Positions 28,451 through 37,048 of a stretch of 64,000 nucleotides of DNA are shown here, in pieces. The translations under genes and the position numbers were made by a program. Below the pieces are notes generated by a model that was not told the DNA's origin, ran no database searches, and was given only the letters and a program-made list of their open reading frames with translations. Numbering within the stretch: the stretch's first letter is position 1; the number at the start of each line of letters is the position of its first letter. This stretch comes from Planctomycetaceae bacterium (lineage in GTDB: Bacteria > Planctomycetota > Planctomycetia > Planctomycetales > Planctomycetaceae): contig JAEUII010000128.1 of NCBI GenBank assembly GCA_016795145.1, positions 8,594 through 72,593 of the forward strand, read 5' to 3'.

Positions 28451-28840
28451 TCCACCCGTTCCGTCGCTCTTGCACAGACGAAGCAGCAATGGGCGTCTTG
28501 TCTGCTGTGGTCCCGCATCGGGCTGAGGACCAGCTTACAGCGACCACGGCCAGACTGTGTTGATTCCTTTACACTTTGGACAGGATACGCCGCCGTGAAG
28601 AGCGAATCAGGGGGCAAGAGCGAATCAGGGGGCCATCCATCTGTAGATTGGAGTGCGGGAAACGAGGGCCCTCTGTCTCCCGTTTGGCGCCGTTTGTCAG
28701 TTCCGCAACGCTCGGCCAAATGACTTGAGAAGCTTTAGGTTCAGGGTGTTGGACTGAGCGAATGACTTCCGCAAGTGGTTCCGCGCCAGAGTGGGACGTC
28801 GGCATTGGTGGATGGTGAAACGCTCAACCAACCGTCCTCA

Positions 28841-28865
28841 ACCACGAACAAAGAACAAAGAACCC
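28841..28865. repeat. A/C-rich element, inverted member of the G/T-rich family
   Basis: accacgaacaaagaacaaagaaccc is the reverse complement of the gttctttgttctttgttcgtgg-type motif. Confidence 0.6.
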
Positions 28866-28875
28866 TTCAAACAAC

Positions 28876-28936
28876 ATGTCCTCTACGCGGACAAATCCAG
28901 TTACTGAAGAAACTGATGAGCGCGAAGAAATCGTAA
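28876..28936 (+). pseudogene. Remnant of the 3-prime end of a DinB-family paralogue
   Basis: 28892-28936 (caaatccagttactgaagaaactgatgagcgcgaagaaatcgtaa, encoding QIQLLKKLMSAKKS*) matches 1088-1132 of the intact DinB gene at 41 of 45 nt. Upstream similarity is broken by indels and no gene body remains. Confidence 0.6.
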
Positions 28937-29098
28937 AGGCCTCTCAGAAAGGCCAAAGATCGGGGCGGCTTGAGGAGGAAAGCTGGACCGTCGGCATTCT
29001 GGAGCGTACTATTGGCCCTGTCGTGAGCCTGTCCGGATGTCTGGCTACACTGCCTGAATTGCCCGGATTTCCAGTACTTGCGGAATGAGGATCTTTCA

Positions 29099-29353
29099 AT
29101 GACGTCGGCTCGTCGAATTTCGTCGCTTCCGACGGACTCATCGTCCGAAGGCATGGCCACGGTTGAGGTGACACGCGGGCCGGTTCCGGTCGCTGATCCT
29201 CCTGTTGAGTCTCCAATCTCCCCGGCCGAAGAACAGCAGCTGCGCGAAGAAAAGCTGGCAGCCATTCGTCGAGCGATTGATGCCGGTGCGTACGATTCGG
29301 ATGAGATCCTGGAAAAGGCGCTCAGCCGAATGCTGGAGACTCTGGAAGATTAG
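29099..29353 (+). CDS. flgM: Anti-sigma-28 factor FlgM-like protein
   Basis: 84 aa. The C-terminus REEKLAAIRRAIDAGAYDSDEILEKALSRMLE fits the FlgM C-terminal helix pattern. The ATG at 29099 is preceded by gagga 8 nt upstream. Confidence 0.65.
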   Translation: MTSARRISSLPTDSSSEGMATVEVTRGPVPVADPPVESPISPAEEQQLREEKLAAIRRAIDAGAYDSDEILEKALSRMLETLED

Positions 29354-29873
29354 TGCTTTGTCAGAGCCATGACGGAAGAGTTCGTGAGTAATCGTCCAGT
29401 TTCGATCTCGTTGACCGGTTTCTTGCGAGGTAAACGGCCGCCCCTGTGGGGCTTTGAAATCAAGGCAAATCAAAAACCTGGGCCGAGTGGCCCAGGCTAG
29501 GTAAATGGCTGGACCTTTGGCCCGGAACTGCACGAGACCATTTCAAAAATTTGCATTGTGTTATTCGCATTGATTCGCGTCCATTCGCGGTTTCGAATCG
29601 AATTGCTGGGTTCCCGCCTGCGCGGGAATGACGGCTTAACCCAAAATGATGCTTTGACCGAGTGGGTCAGGGTTTTGCGGAAGATGGGAGCGGGTACGAC
29701 TGAGGACAGTCGATTTACACAGGCGGCTCACCCAAACTCGGAAGAAACCTGCATTCCGGGACGCTGCCTGATGACAAGCCTACAATTGTCGGGCAAACTG
29801 TAACGCTGAACCGGCGCAGCTCTCTGAACACTGAACACTGATGGCTGCGCTGGGCAGGTGGATTTCTGCGTGA

Positions 29874-30407
29874 TTGACGACGAGGCGGTTTGTGAACGAT
29901 TCTGCGGTCAAAGATCTTGAACGTCACGAGGTGACGGTGTCCCCGGTCGAGAAGTTCCGTGAGTATCTCGGCACGCGCGGCAAACGATTGACTCAGGAAC
30001 GTGAGACGATCGTCCGTGAGATCTTTGCGGAACATGAACACTTTGATTCCGACCAGATCGTTTCACGTCTGACTCAGCCTCGCCGTGACGGTGGCCGCGT
30101 GAGTCGAGCTACCGTCTATCGAACACTCAGCCAGCTTGAGGAAGCGGGACTCATTCGCAAAGTCGCTCGCTCAAACGACCGCGAAGTGTACGAACATGAT
30201 TACGGCTATCCGCAGCATGATCATTTCATCTGCGAGAAGTGTCAGGAGCTCGTCGAGTTTCGGAATGATGAAATCTCCGCGGTGCTTGAACGCGTCGCTG
30301 CCGAACATGGCTTCCGCATGAGCGGCCATCGTCTGGAAGTGCACGGCATCTGCTCCGCCTGTGCGAAGCCTCCGACTCGCCGGCATCGCAAGCTGGATAT
30401 GATCTAG
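29874..30407 (+). CDS. Fur-family metalloregulator (Fur/Zur/PerR type undetermined)
   Basis: It has a winged-helix segment, RVSRATVYRTLSQLEEAGLIRKV. The HDH cluster HDYGYPQHDHFICEKC and the C-terminal HGICSAC give two CxxC pairs. The start is TTG at 29874 or GTG at 29892. Confidence 0.85.
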   Translation: MTTRRFVNDSAVKDLERHEVTVSPVEKFREYLGTRGKRLTQERETIVREIFAEHEHFDSDQIVSRLTQPRRDGGRVSRATVYRTLSQLEEAGLIRKVARSNDREVYEHDYGYPQHDHFICEKCQELVEFRNDEISAVLERVAAEHGFRMSGHRLEVHGICSACAKPPTRRHRKLDMI

Positions 30408-30450
30408 AGTCGCGGTTCGCTCCGCCGAACCAGGCGCTTATCTGCCGCGT
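30408..30450. repeat. Partial inverted copy of the 191-bp unit, directly after the fur stop codon
   Basis: agtcgcggttcgctccgccgaaccaggcgcttatctgccgcgt contains the hairpin ggttcg-ctccgc-cgaacc and matches the reverse complement of part of the 20338-20790 unit. Confidence 0.8.
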
Positions 30451-30490
30451 CCAAGTTGGATGCTGCAAACGGCAGCGTATCACGCGCGGC

Positions 30491-30728
30491 GGTAGGGCGA
30501 CTGCCGCAGGCGCCGGAAGCCGAAGGGTGAATAAAGTCTTGCCGAGACCGCATGCACTGAAACCGTTACGCCAGCACTTTTGCTTCCGGTCGCTGCGCGT
30601 CACAGGCTTTGCCTGTGCTCCCCGGGGCTGTGGCACTGCGTGTGACTTTGCCACGTTGTCCTGCGAGAGATTGAGACATCGTCAGGTCGCTGGTCGCGGC
30701 GAAGTGCTGCTCGGCAAGCAGCACCTAC
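30491..30728 (+). repeat. Composite repeat (B-core + C + D), copy 1
   Basis: It contains the hairpins cacaggc-ttt-gcctgtg (30601-30617) and gtgctgc-tcggcaa-gcagcac (30703-30723). It ends on the stop codon of the 30725..31663 gene. By eye it is about 80-85 percent identical to 31913-32171. Confidence 0.85.
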
Positions 30729-31663
30729 ATTTCTTCCATCAACCGTGCGATCTCTTCATACGATGAATACACGTCATTGACGTTCCAGTAATCATCGGGT
30801 TTCAGATAGAGGCGGCGAACGGGTTCGAGTTCTTCGTCGTGCGAACTGTCGGCTTCGTCGCCTGCTGCGTCGCGAATCACAAGCAGGTAAGTTGGTGTTC
30901 GAAGGGCTCGCCAGTCGGGTCCGTTCAGTTCCAGAATTCGCTCTGCGGTTTCTTCCGCAGCAAGCACCAGGAGTGATTGGCCTGAAGTGTCCGATGGTTC
31001 GAAAAACATGACGCCTGTGAGCTCGGCCAGCGTCGGAGCCATGTCGCGACTTCCGCAGACGACCTGAGTGCGCCGAGCTGGCAGCTGTGGCGAATAGATC
31101 CAAAGCGGCAAGTGAATGACCGATTGATTGAGAGCCGAATCGAAGGATGTTGGCAGAGTCCGCTCGATCCCTCGTGATGCTGTGACGATCAGATTGATGT
31201 TTCGATTTGGCTCAGTTGAATCAAGCGATGATGACATCGGCAACACTACAAGGTCTTCAAGAACTCGTTGCAGAAGGGAATCTGCGAGAGAAGCGCTCGA
31301 TGTGGCGTCGCTGTTTGAATTGTGGAGCCTGATGATAACGATGTCTGCATTGGCGAGATCTGCACGAGTCTCCGCGGAGACATCTTCAGGCGAATGGATG
31401 TGCAGTTCACTGATATTGCGACCCGCTTGTTTGGCGGCTCGAATTAGTTCAGGAAGGACACCGGAGTACGGGCAGGAAGATTCGCCGGTTGAATCGTCAC
31501 AGTCCTGGCGATGAAACTGCTCATAGACAAGCGAATGAGTTTCCAGCCAGTCGAACGGACGAAAAACGGTCGTGCCATCATCGTTCGGTGAATTGGCTGC
31601 GATCAGGCTATGGCTCAACTGGTCAAAAATCACCAGCCAGGTTTGTGCGGTATTGGAAGTCAC
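30725..31663 (-). CDS. Sulfatase-like (alkaline-phosphatase superfamily) protein, probably catalytically degenerate
   Basis: Two segments resemble sulfatase C-terminal regions: HLPLWIYSP...GSRDMAPTLAELTG and RLYLKPDDYWNVNDV. No C/S-x-P-x-R active-site motif is present, and the N-terminal LVIFDQLSHS replaces the usual ADD metal site. Confidence 0.4.
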   Translation of the reverse strand: MTSNTAQTWLVIFDQLSHSLIAANSPNDDGTTVFRPFDWLETHSLVYEQFHRQDCDDSTGESSCPYSGVLPELIRAAKQAGRNISELHIHSPEDVSAETRADLANADIVIIRLHNSNSDATSSASLADSLLQRVLEDLVVLPMSSSLDSTEPNRNINLIVTASRGIERTLPTSFDSALNQSVIHLPLWIYSPQLPARRTQVVCGSRDMAPTLAELTGVMFFEPSDTSGQSLLVLAAEETAERILELNGPDWRALRTPTYLLVIRDAAGDEADSSHDEELEPVRRLYLKPDDYWNVNDVYSSYEEIARLMEEM

Positions 31664-31728
31664 TCGGTGGGGTTGTCCTGTTTTCTGTTGTCGTTGAGCT
31701 GAAAGGAAAGCATAGCAGATTATCGAGT

Positions 31729-31778
31729 AGGTCGCGCCTGCCGGGCGAGACTTTCGCCGTCAGGCGAACCTTGTTCTG
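31729..31778 (-). repeat. Two-hairpin element upstream of a minus-strand gene, copy 1
   Basis: aggtcgcgcctgccgggcgagactttcgccgtcaggcgaaccttgttct includes a perfect ttcgcc-gtca-ggcgaa hairpin. It is near-identical to 58161-58210. Confidence 0.75.
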
Positions 31779-31779
31779 T

Positions 31780-32171
31780 CGTGTGGTATTGCCGAGATCT
31801 GGTGCACTGGAACCATCACGCGTTCACTTTTGCTTCCGGCCGCTGCGCGGCACAGGCTTTGCCTGTAGTACCCGGGGAATGGGTGCGTAACGTATGAAGG
31901 CTGCTTTGCACTGGGTAGCACGTACGAAGTGCGTGTGCCGCAGGCGCCGGAAGCCGAAGTGTGAATGTGGTATTTCCGAATCCTGGTGCACTGAAACCAT
32001 CACGCATGCACTTTGGCTTCCGGCCGCTGCGCGGCACAGGCTTTGCCTGTGCTACCCGGGGCTATGGTACTGGGTGCGACTTTGCCACGTTCTCCTGCGA
32101 GAGATTGTAACGTCGTCAGTTCGCGGGTCGCGGCGTGGGCCGCGAGGTGCTGCTCGGCAAGCAGCACCTAC
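31780..32171 (+). repeat. Repeat cluster: C copy 2 (31804-31883) followed by composite B-core + C + D copy 2 (31913-32171)
   Basis: gcactgRaaccatcacgc...ttccggccgctgcgcggcacaggctttgcctgt occurs twice. It is followed by gactttgccacgttctcctgcgagagattg...gtgctgctcggcaagcagcacctac. Confidence 0.85.
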
Positions 32172-32270
32172 TCCCGACACTCGTCCGGAGCAAGTCCGAC
32201 GGTTATAGTTCCGATTGCTGCATTCAGGGGAATCGCGGCATTGTTGTTTTCCTTCCGACAGAGCATCCGT

Positions 32271-34439
32271 ATGTCCCACCGCTCACTTGCCTTCCTGTTC
32301 GTTGCACTTCTTTCCGGTTTTGGACACAGCGTGTTCGCCGATGTTCGGCTGCCCGCAATCTTTAGTGACCATATGGTGATCCAGCAGCAGCAGGACATCA
32401 AAGTCTGGGGCTGGGCAGAACCTGGTGAATCCGTCACGGTCACGATTGGCCAGAATTCCAAAGAGACCAAGGCGGCTCCGGATGGAAAATGGAGCGTCAT
32501 GCTTCCTGCCATGACCGCAACAAAGACGCCGACGAAGATCACGGTGAAGGGCAAGACGACCATCGAGATTCAGGATGTGCTCGTGGGAGAAGTCTGGTTG
32601 TGTTCCGGCCAGTCGAACATGGAATGGCCGGTCGCCGCCTGCTCGGATGCTCAAAAGGACATCGAAGCAGCGAAGTTCCCGAACATCCGTCATATCAAAG
32701 TTCCTCTCGTGCCATCAACGACTCCGCTGGAAGACTTCAAGTCGTCCTGGCAGGTTTGCTCGCCCGAGACTGCAGGTGGCTTCACCGCCTGTGGCTTCTT
32801 CATGGCTCGTCAGCTTCAGAAGGAGCTCGATGTTCCCATCGGTCTGATCAATTCTTCGTGGGGCGGGACACGCGTTGAGCCCTGGACTCCGCCGGTTGGA
32901 TTCCAGCAGGTTCCCGCGCTGCAGGACATCTATCAGTCTGTCATCGGTCGCACTCCCGGAACACCTCAGTTCAGAGAACGTCTGAGTGCTCATATTCGCG
33001 CGACTGAAGAATGGACAGCGAAGGCGAAGACAGCTCTTGCTCATGATGAAGCCATCGCTCCGAGTCCGGCGTATCCGGCCGAGCTGGTTCCGTTCGGAAG
33101 CAATCAGGATCCAACGATGTTGTACAACGGAATGATTCACGCCGTTGTCGGATATGGCATTCGTGGTGCGATCTGGTACCAGGGCGAATCCAATCACGGC
33201 GAAGGAATGTTGTACCTGGAAAAGAAGAAGGCACTCATCGGTGGATGGCGAAAACTGTGGGGGCAGGAGTTTCCGTTTTACTACGTCCAGATTGCTCCGT
33301 TCCGATATGGCAATGAAGACCCAACCATTTTGGCTCGCTTCTGGGAAGCTCAGGCGGCCGTTCAGTCGATTCCAAAGACCGGCATGATTGTGATCAATGA
33401 CATCGCGACGATTAATGATATTCATCCGCCGAACAAGCAGGATGTTGGTCACCGCCTGGCACTACTGGCTCTGAAGAATGACTACGGGAAAAAGGACCTG
33501 GTCGCCAACAGTCCCGAAGTGGATCACATGGATGTTCAGCCGGGCCAGTTGAAGGTGACGTTCCGAAACGCTGGTGGTGGTTTGAAGACTCGCGATGGAA
33601 AGCCTGCGACTCATTTTGAAGTTGTCGGCGTTGGATCAAACGGATTTCAGGCCGCCGATGTGAAGATCGAAGGCGACTCCGTGATTCTGACCTCATCGAA
33701 GGTGAAGGATCCAGTGGCATTCCGTTTTGCGTGGCACATGCTGGCCGAACCAAATCTGTGTGGCGGAACGGGATTGCCCGTTGGAGCCTGCCGTGCTGGG
33801 GAGATTCCGGACTTCATGAGTTCACTGCCGATCAGCAAAGAATACGCGCTGGTCTATGACATGGACCTTAGCAAGTTGGCTCATGACATTCGTTACGACG
33901 CAGACCACAGCAGCACAGTCGGAAAGTTTGACCGTGTCGGATATCTCGTGGATCTCGGGCAGGGCGACGGTGAAGAGCGACACGTCTTTGTTTCGATGGA
34001 CGCATTCACAAATGATGTGAAGAAGATTGGCATTCCGACAATGGCATCAGGAGCACGCTTTCAGCAGAAGGTAAAGTCGCTGGATGTGTTCAGCAACGTG
34101 CCGGATCTGAAAACGGGAACTGGCATCGCCACAGGCAACATCGAGTTCTGGCCGGACAACTATGGAATGCCGAATGCGGCCAACGTCGAAGGAGCATCGT
34201 CAGACATCTACGACTTTGGTGATGAACTGGCTGTGCCGGGAGACGGCTATGGTTCGATGCAGGTCCATAACTACGGCGCGAAGCAGACGCTGTTCGCGAT
34301 CAATCACTGGGTCGCCGGTGGCGGAGCGGATCTGGGAATCGGCAACAGTCCCGGGAATACTCGCGACTGGACCTTCACCGCAAACGCGGGCAGCTATTCG
34401 ACAAAGCGACTGCGTGTTTATGTTCGTCCTGTGAAGTGA
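32271..34439 (+). CDS. Sialate O-acetylesterase-like SGNH hydrolase with a long C-terminal extension
   Basis: The signal peptide is [36 protein letters not shown] and [16 protein letters not shown] (the GQSNM nucleophile motif) follow. The C-terminal 250 aa are unassigned. The ATG at 32271 lies inside ORF 32013..34439. Confidence 0.8.
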   Translation: MSHRSLAFLFVALLSGFGHSVFADVRLPAIFSDHMVIQQQQDIKVWGWAEPGESVTVTIGQNSKETKAAPDGKWSVMLPAMTATKTPTKITVKGKTTIEIQDVLVGEVWLCSGQSNMEWPVAACSDAQKDIEAAKFPNIRHIKVPLVPSTTPLEDFKSSWQVCSPETAGGFTACGFFMARQLQKELDVPIGLINSSWGGTRVEPWTPPVGFQQVPALQDIYQSVIGRTPGTPQFRERLSAHIRATEEWTAKAKTALAHDEAIAPSPAYPAELVPFGSNQDPTMLYNGMIHAVVGYGIRGAIWYQGESNHGEGMLYLEKKKALIGGWRKLWGQEFPFYYVQIAPFRYGNEDPTILARFWEAQAAVQSIPKTGMIVINDIATINDIHPPNKQDVGHRLALLALKNDYGKKDLVANSPEVDHMDVQPGQLKVTFRNAGGGLKTRDGKPATHFEVVGVGSNGFQAADVKIEGDSVILTSSKVKDPVAFRFAWHMLAEPNLCGGTGLPVGACRAGEIPDFMSSLPISKEYALVYDMDLSKLAHDIRYDADHSSTVGKFDRVGYLVDLGQGDGEERHVFVSMDAFTNDVKKIGIPTMASGARFQQKVKSLDVFSNVPDLKTGTGIATGNIEFWPDNYGMPNAANVEGASSDIYDFGDELAVPGDGYGSMQVHNYGAKQTLFAINHWVAGGGADLGIGNSPGNTRDWTFTANAGSYSTKRLRVYVRPVK

Positions 34440-34467
34440 TCGAATCCGCTTGAACAGGGAGAACTTC

Positions 34468-35628
34468 ATGCTGCGGTCGATGGTCTTCATATTGCTGACT
34501 GTCAGTGTTGCCTGCGGACCATTCGAGCCACTCGCAGCACAGCAGGAGTCTGCAATTCGCACCGGCAAGGCGCGAGAGAAGGCCATGTCGACTCAGGTGA
34601 ACTGGTCTGTTTCCAATTCGCCGGTTCAGGATCAATTGAGGCTGTTGTCTGAACAGACGCAGACAGTTATTGTTCTTGACCGGCGAATCGATCCAGGCTT
34701 TCCGCTTTCGCTCGACACGGGATTTGTGCCTCGCTGGCAGGTCGTGCAGAAGATCTCCGCTGCGATCCCCAGTGCGGGAGCTGTGGATGTTGCGGACATG
34801 ACGCTGGTCGGTCCTTATCAGTCCGTTCGCCGCATCCCTGTTTTGATGGCGGTCTGTGATGATACTCTTCCGCGATGGAAGAAGTCGCTTTCGAATGATG
34901 AGTATCGGAAGGTCACGCAGGTGTCCGCTCGCGAATGGCCGATGCTTGCGGAACCTCGCCAGTTACTTGTGGATGCCGCACGTGCAGCAGGAGTGACGAT
35001 TCGGAACCCTGAGGCTGTTCCGCATGATCTTTGGGATGAAGGGAGACTCACGCGACTTTCCTTTCTGGACTTCTCGTGCGTCGTCCTTGCTCAGTTTGAT
35101 CTCCAGCCGGTTCTGGATGAATCAAAAGCGACTATCAGTCTTGAGCCTGTCGATGCGACGGCGAAGATCACTCATAAGTATTCCATCACTGCAGCAGATA
35201 AGCCCAGAGTGGCTCAGGCCTGGCAGGCACTTCATCCGGACCTCGCCCTGCGCTGGACGGGGAACTCGACGACAATCACTGCGTCTGTTGATCAGCATGC
35301 GGACATGATGGAGATCCTGTCGTTCCTCAATCGCCCCGCGACCAGTGCTGATTCCGGGGGGTCGCAGGAATCACTGAGGACTCGCAAGTTCCAGCTGAAA
35401 GCGTCACGGACGACGGTCGCAGATCTGATTCAGTTCTTTGCAAACAACTCGGTCAGGATTGAGATCGCAAACCCTGAATCTCCCGAAGCCAAAGCCCTGC
35501 TGCGAAAGCTGGTGGATCTCGGATCGCTGACCGAAAAGATGCCAGGCCGCGAGTTCTTTCCGGCCCTGTTTGGCGATCACGTTCGGGAAGTGAACGTTCA
35601 GGATGATCGAGTCATCCTGACGCCGTAG
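34468..35628 (+). CDS. Hypothetical secreted protein
   Basis: The ATG at 34468 has aggga upstream. The N-terminus MLRSMVFILLTVSVACGPFEPLAAQ is signal-like. No recognisable catalytic motif. Confidence 0.55.
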   Translation: MLRSMVFILLTVSVACGPFEPLAAQQESAIRTGKAREKAMSTQVNWSVSNSPVQDQLRLLSEQTQTVIVLDRRIDPGFPLSLDTGFVPRWQVVQKISAAIPSAGAVDVADMTLVGPYQSVRRIPVLMAVCDDTLPRWKKSLSNDEYRKVTQVSAREWPMLAEPRQLLVDAARAAGVTIRNPEAVPHDLWDEGRLTRLSFLDFSCVVLAQFDLQPVLDESKATISLEPVDATAKITHKYSITAADKPRVAQAWQALHPDLALRWTGNSTTITASVDQHADMMEILSFLNRPATSADSGGSQESLRTRKFQLKASRTTVADLIQFFANNSVRIEIANPESPEAKALLRKLVDLGSLTEKMPGREFFPALFGDHVREVNVQDDRVILTP

Positions 35629-35746
35629 AGCTCCAGCGTAGAACGATTGTCCTCAATCGACTTGCGGTTCTGGTGCGTAACAACGAGTTGCAGTGAGGTG
35701 TTCCAGAGTGGATCTCTCACGAATGCACGACGATGGCCATAAGCAC

Positions 35747-36232
35747 TTAAGTCTCTGGTTGCCTCGGAACACCTTCCACAGTAAAGCCTTCCTCTTCCGC
35801 CCAGGCGAGAAGAGCGGCTTCTGTCGCTGCCTGTTCGAATTTGTACCATTCTTCAAGCTTGCCGAGGTCTGCCAGCAGGTCTTTGAATCGGCGATACGCG
35901 CCTCGGTGGCGAAAAATGTCGTAGACTTCATGCTGATGATCCGGCATTCGCTCTTCCGCGAATCGGCGTACCAGGTGACTGCCCAGATCAAGGGAATCCT
36001 TGTTCGGTACCATGCAGTAGCGGGTCTCATCGTCGTAGTCTACGTCAGGACGTGCTTCGTCTGAGTCATCATCTTCTTCTTCGTCGTCGCTCCAGTCATC
36101 ACTCTCCATGTAGTCGGGAGATTGATAGATCATTTTGCCTGTCGCCCGGCAAATGTAAACGGCGTTGTCGCTCATCGCCGCGTCGACGAAGCCATAGGCA
36201 AATTCAAGGTCAGTATATTGAATGGTTGGCAA
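35747..36232 (-). CDS. Hypothetical acidic cytoplasmic protein
   Basis: 161 aa with an ATG start and a DDWSDDEEEDDDSDE acidic insert. No recognised domain. Confidence 0.55.
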   Translation of the reverse strand: MPTIQYTDLEFAYGFVDAAMSDNAVYICRATGKMIYQSPDYMESDDWSDDEEEDDDSDEARPDVDYDDETRYCMVPNKDSLDLGSHLVRRFAEERMPDHQHEVYDIFRHRGAYRRFKDLLADLGKLEEWYKFEQAATEAALLAWAEEEGFTVEGVPRQPET

Positions 36233-36367
36233 GGCTGTTCCTTTGTGTGATTGAGCTTCGCTTCTGACGAACGCGTTCCGTGTCTTATCACAGATTAGGG
36301 TATGACAAAAGGATTACGTCGCCACTGGTTGTCCTGTCACGGCGAGCGGAAGGTGTCAGCCTTCCGA

Positions 36368-36400
36368 GGTTTTGTTGGTTCTTGTTGATTTCTTGCTTGG
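36368..36400. repeat. G/T-rich low-complexity element
   Basis: ggttttgttggttcttgttgatttcttgcttgg belongs to the same family as 251-297 and 22807-22861. It lies upstream of the minus-strand gene that starts at 36232. Confidence 0.55.
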
Positions 36401-36456
36401 AATGGAATCGCGGGAATCGCACTCGGCGGGCTCACGCCGCACCGCTCGCCTTTGTC

Positions 36457-36891
36457 CTACCCGGGCAGCTTGACGAAATCGCACAATGGCACCGGGCCGG
36501 GGCGGGACTTCAGGAGCTGGCCGATCGTGACGCCTGCGAAGGCGGCTTCTGTTGCGGCGTAGGCTCGGTCGAGTTCTTTGTGCAGGGGGCAGAGGGTGGT
36601 ATGTGAGGGCAGGCCGAGCGGACAATGCCGAATGCGCTCCAGTGGTGACACGGCATTGATCACGTCCAGAATGGAAACCTTGTCCGCATCACCGGACAGC
36701 ATGTAGCCGCCACCGGGGCCCGGTCGAGAACCCACAAGTTCAGCCGCTGACAGATCCTGAAGAACCTTGTGCAGGTAGCGGCGAGGTACCTGAGTTTCTG
36801 CGGCAAGCACGTCCGCCGATTTTGGTGTTTCCGGGTCCTGCGCGAGGCAGGCGACGGCTCGAAGTGCATATTCAGCGGTTTTCGGAAGCAT
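36457..36891 (-). CDS. Rrf2-family transcriptional regulator
   Basis: [17 protein letters not shown]...[27 protein letters not shown] is the Rrf2 wHTH signature. It carries a C-terminal [16 protein letters not shown] motif. The ATG is at 36891. Confidence 0.85.
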   Translation of the reverse strand: MLPKTAEYALRAVACLAQDPETPKSADVLAAETQVPRRYLHKVLQDLSAAELVGSRPGPGGGYMLSGDADKVSILDVINAVSPLERIRHCPLGLPSHTTLCPLHKELDRAYAATEAAFAGVTIGQLLKSRPGPVPLCDFVKLPG

Positions 36892-37048
36892 GACGAGAAT
36901 CCCTTTCCTATTTTCGACGGAATCAATTCTACACCTTGACATGCATAATTCAAGCCGCCATCTTTGACGATACCAGAAACAGGGCAGGGGACTGATTCCG
37001 AAGAGGGCGGTGAACCTGTTCAGAGTCCGCGAAATACGGGGACGGGAG

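Noticed and set aside
28876-29088. A 70-aa ORF starting at the ATG after the A/C-rich element.
   Set aside because: It reads through the DinB remnant in the wrong frame and has an implausible composition. The only homologous part, in another frame, is 14 codons long.
29585-29600. A tRNA-like T-arm string (ggtttcgaatcga) and other ttcgaa-containing segments.
   Set aside because: No acceptor stem, anticodon arm or cloverleaf can be drawn around them. I found no tRNA or rRNA signature anywhere in the window.
29530-29600. A classical Fur box upstream of the Fur-family gene.
   Set aside because: No match to the 19-bp GATAATGATAATCATTATC-type palindrome. Only the phased ATTCGC hexamers are present, and they are reported separately as an unexplained array.
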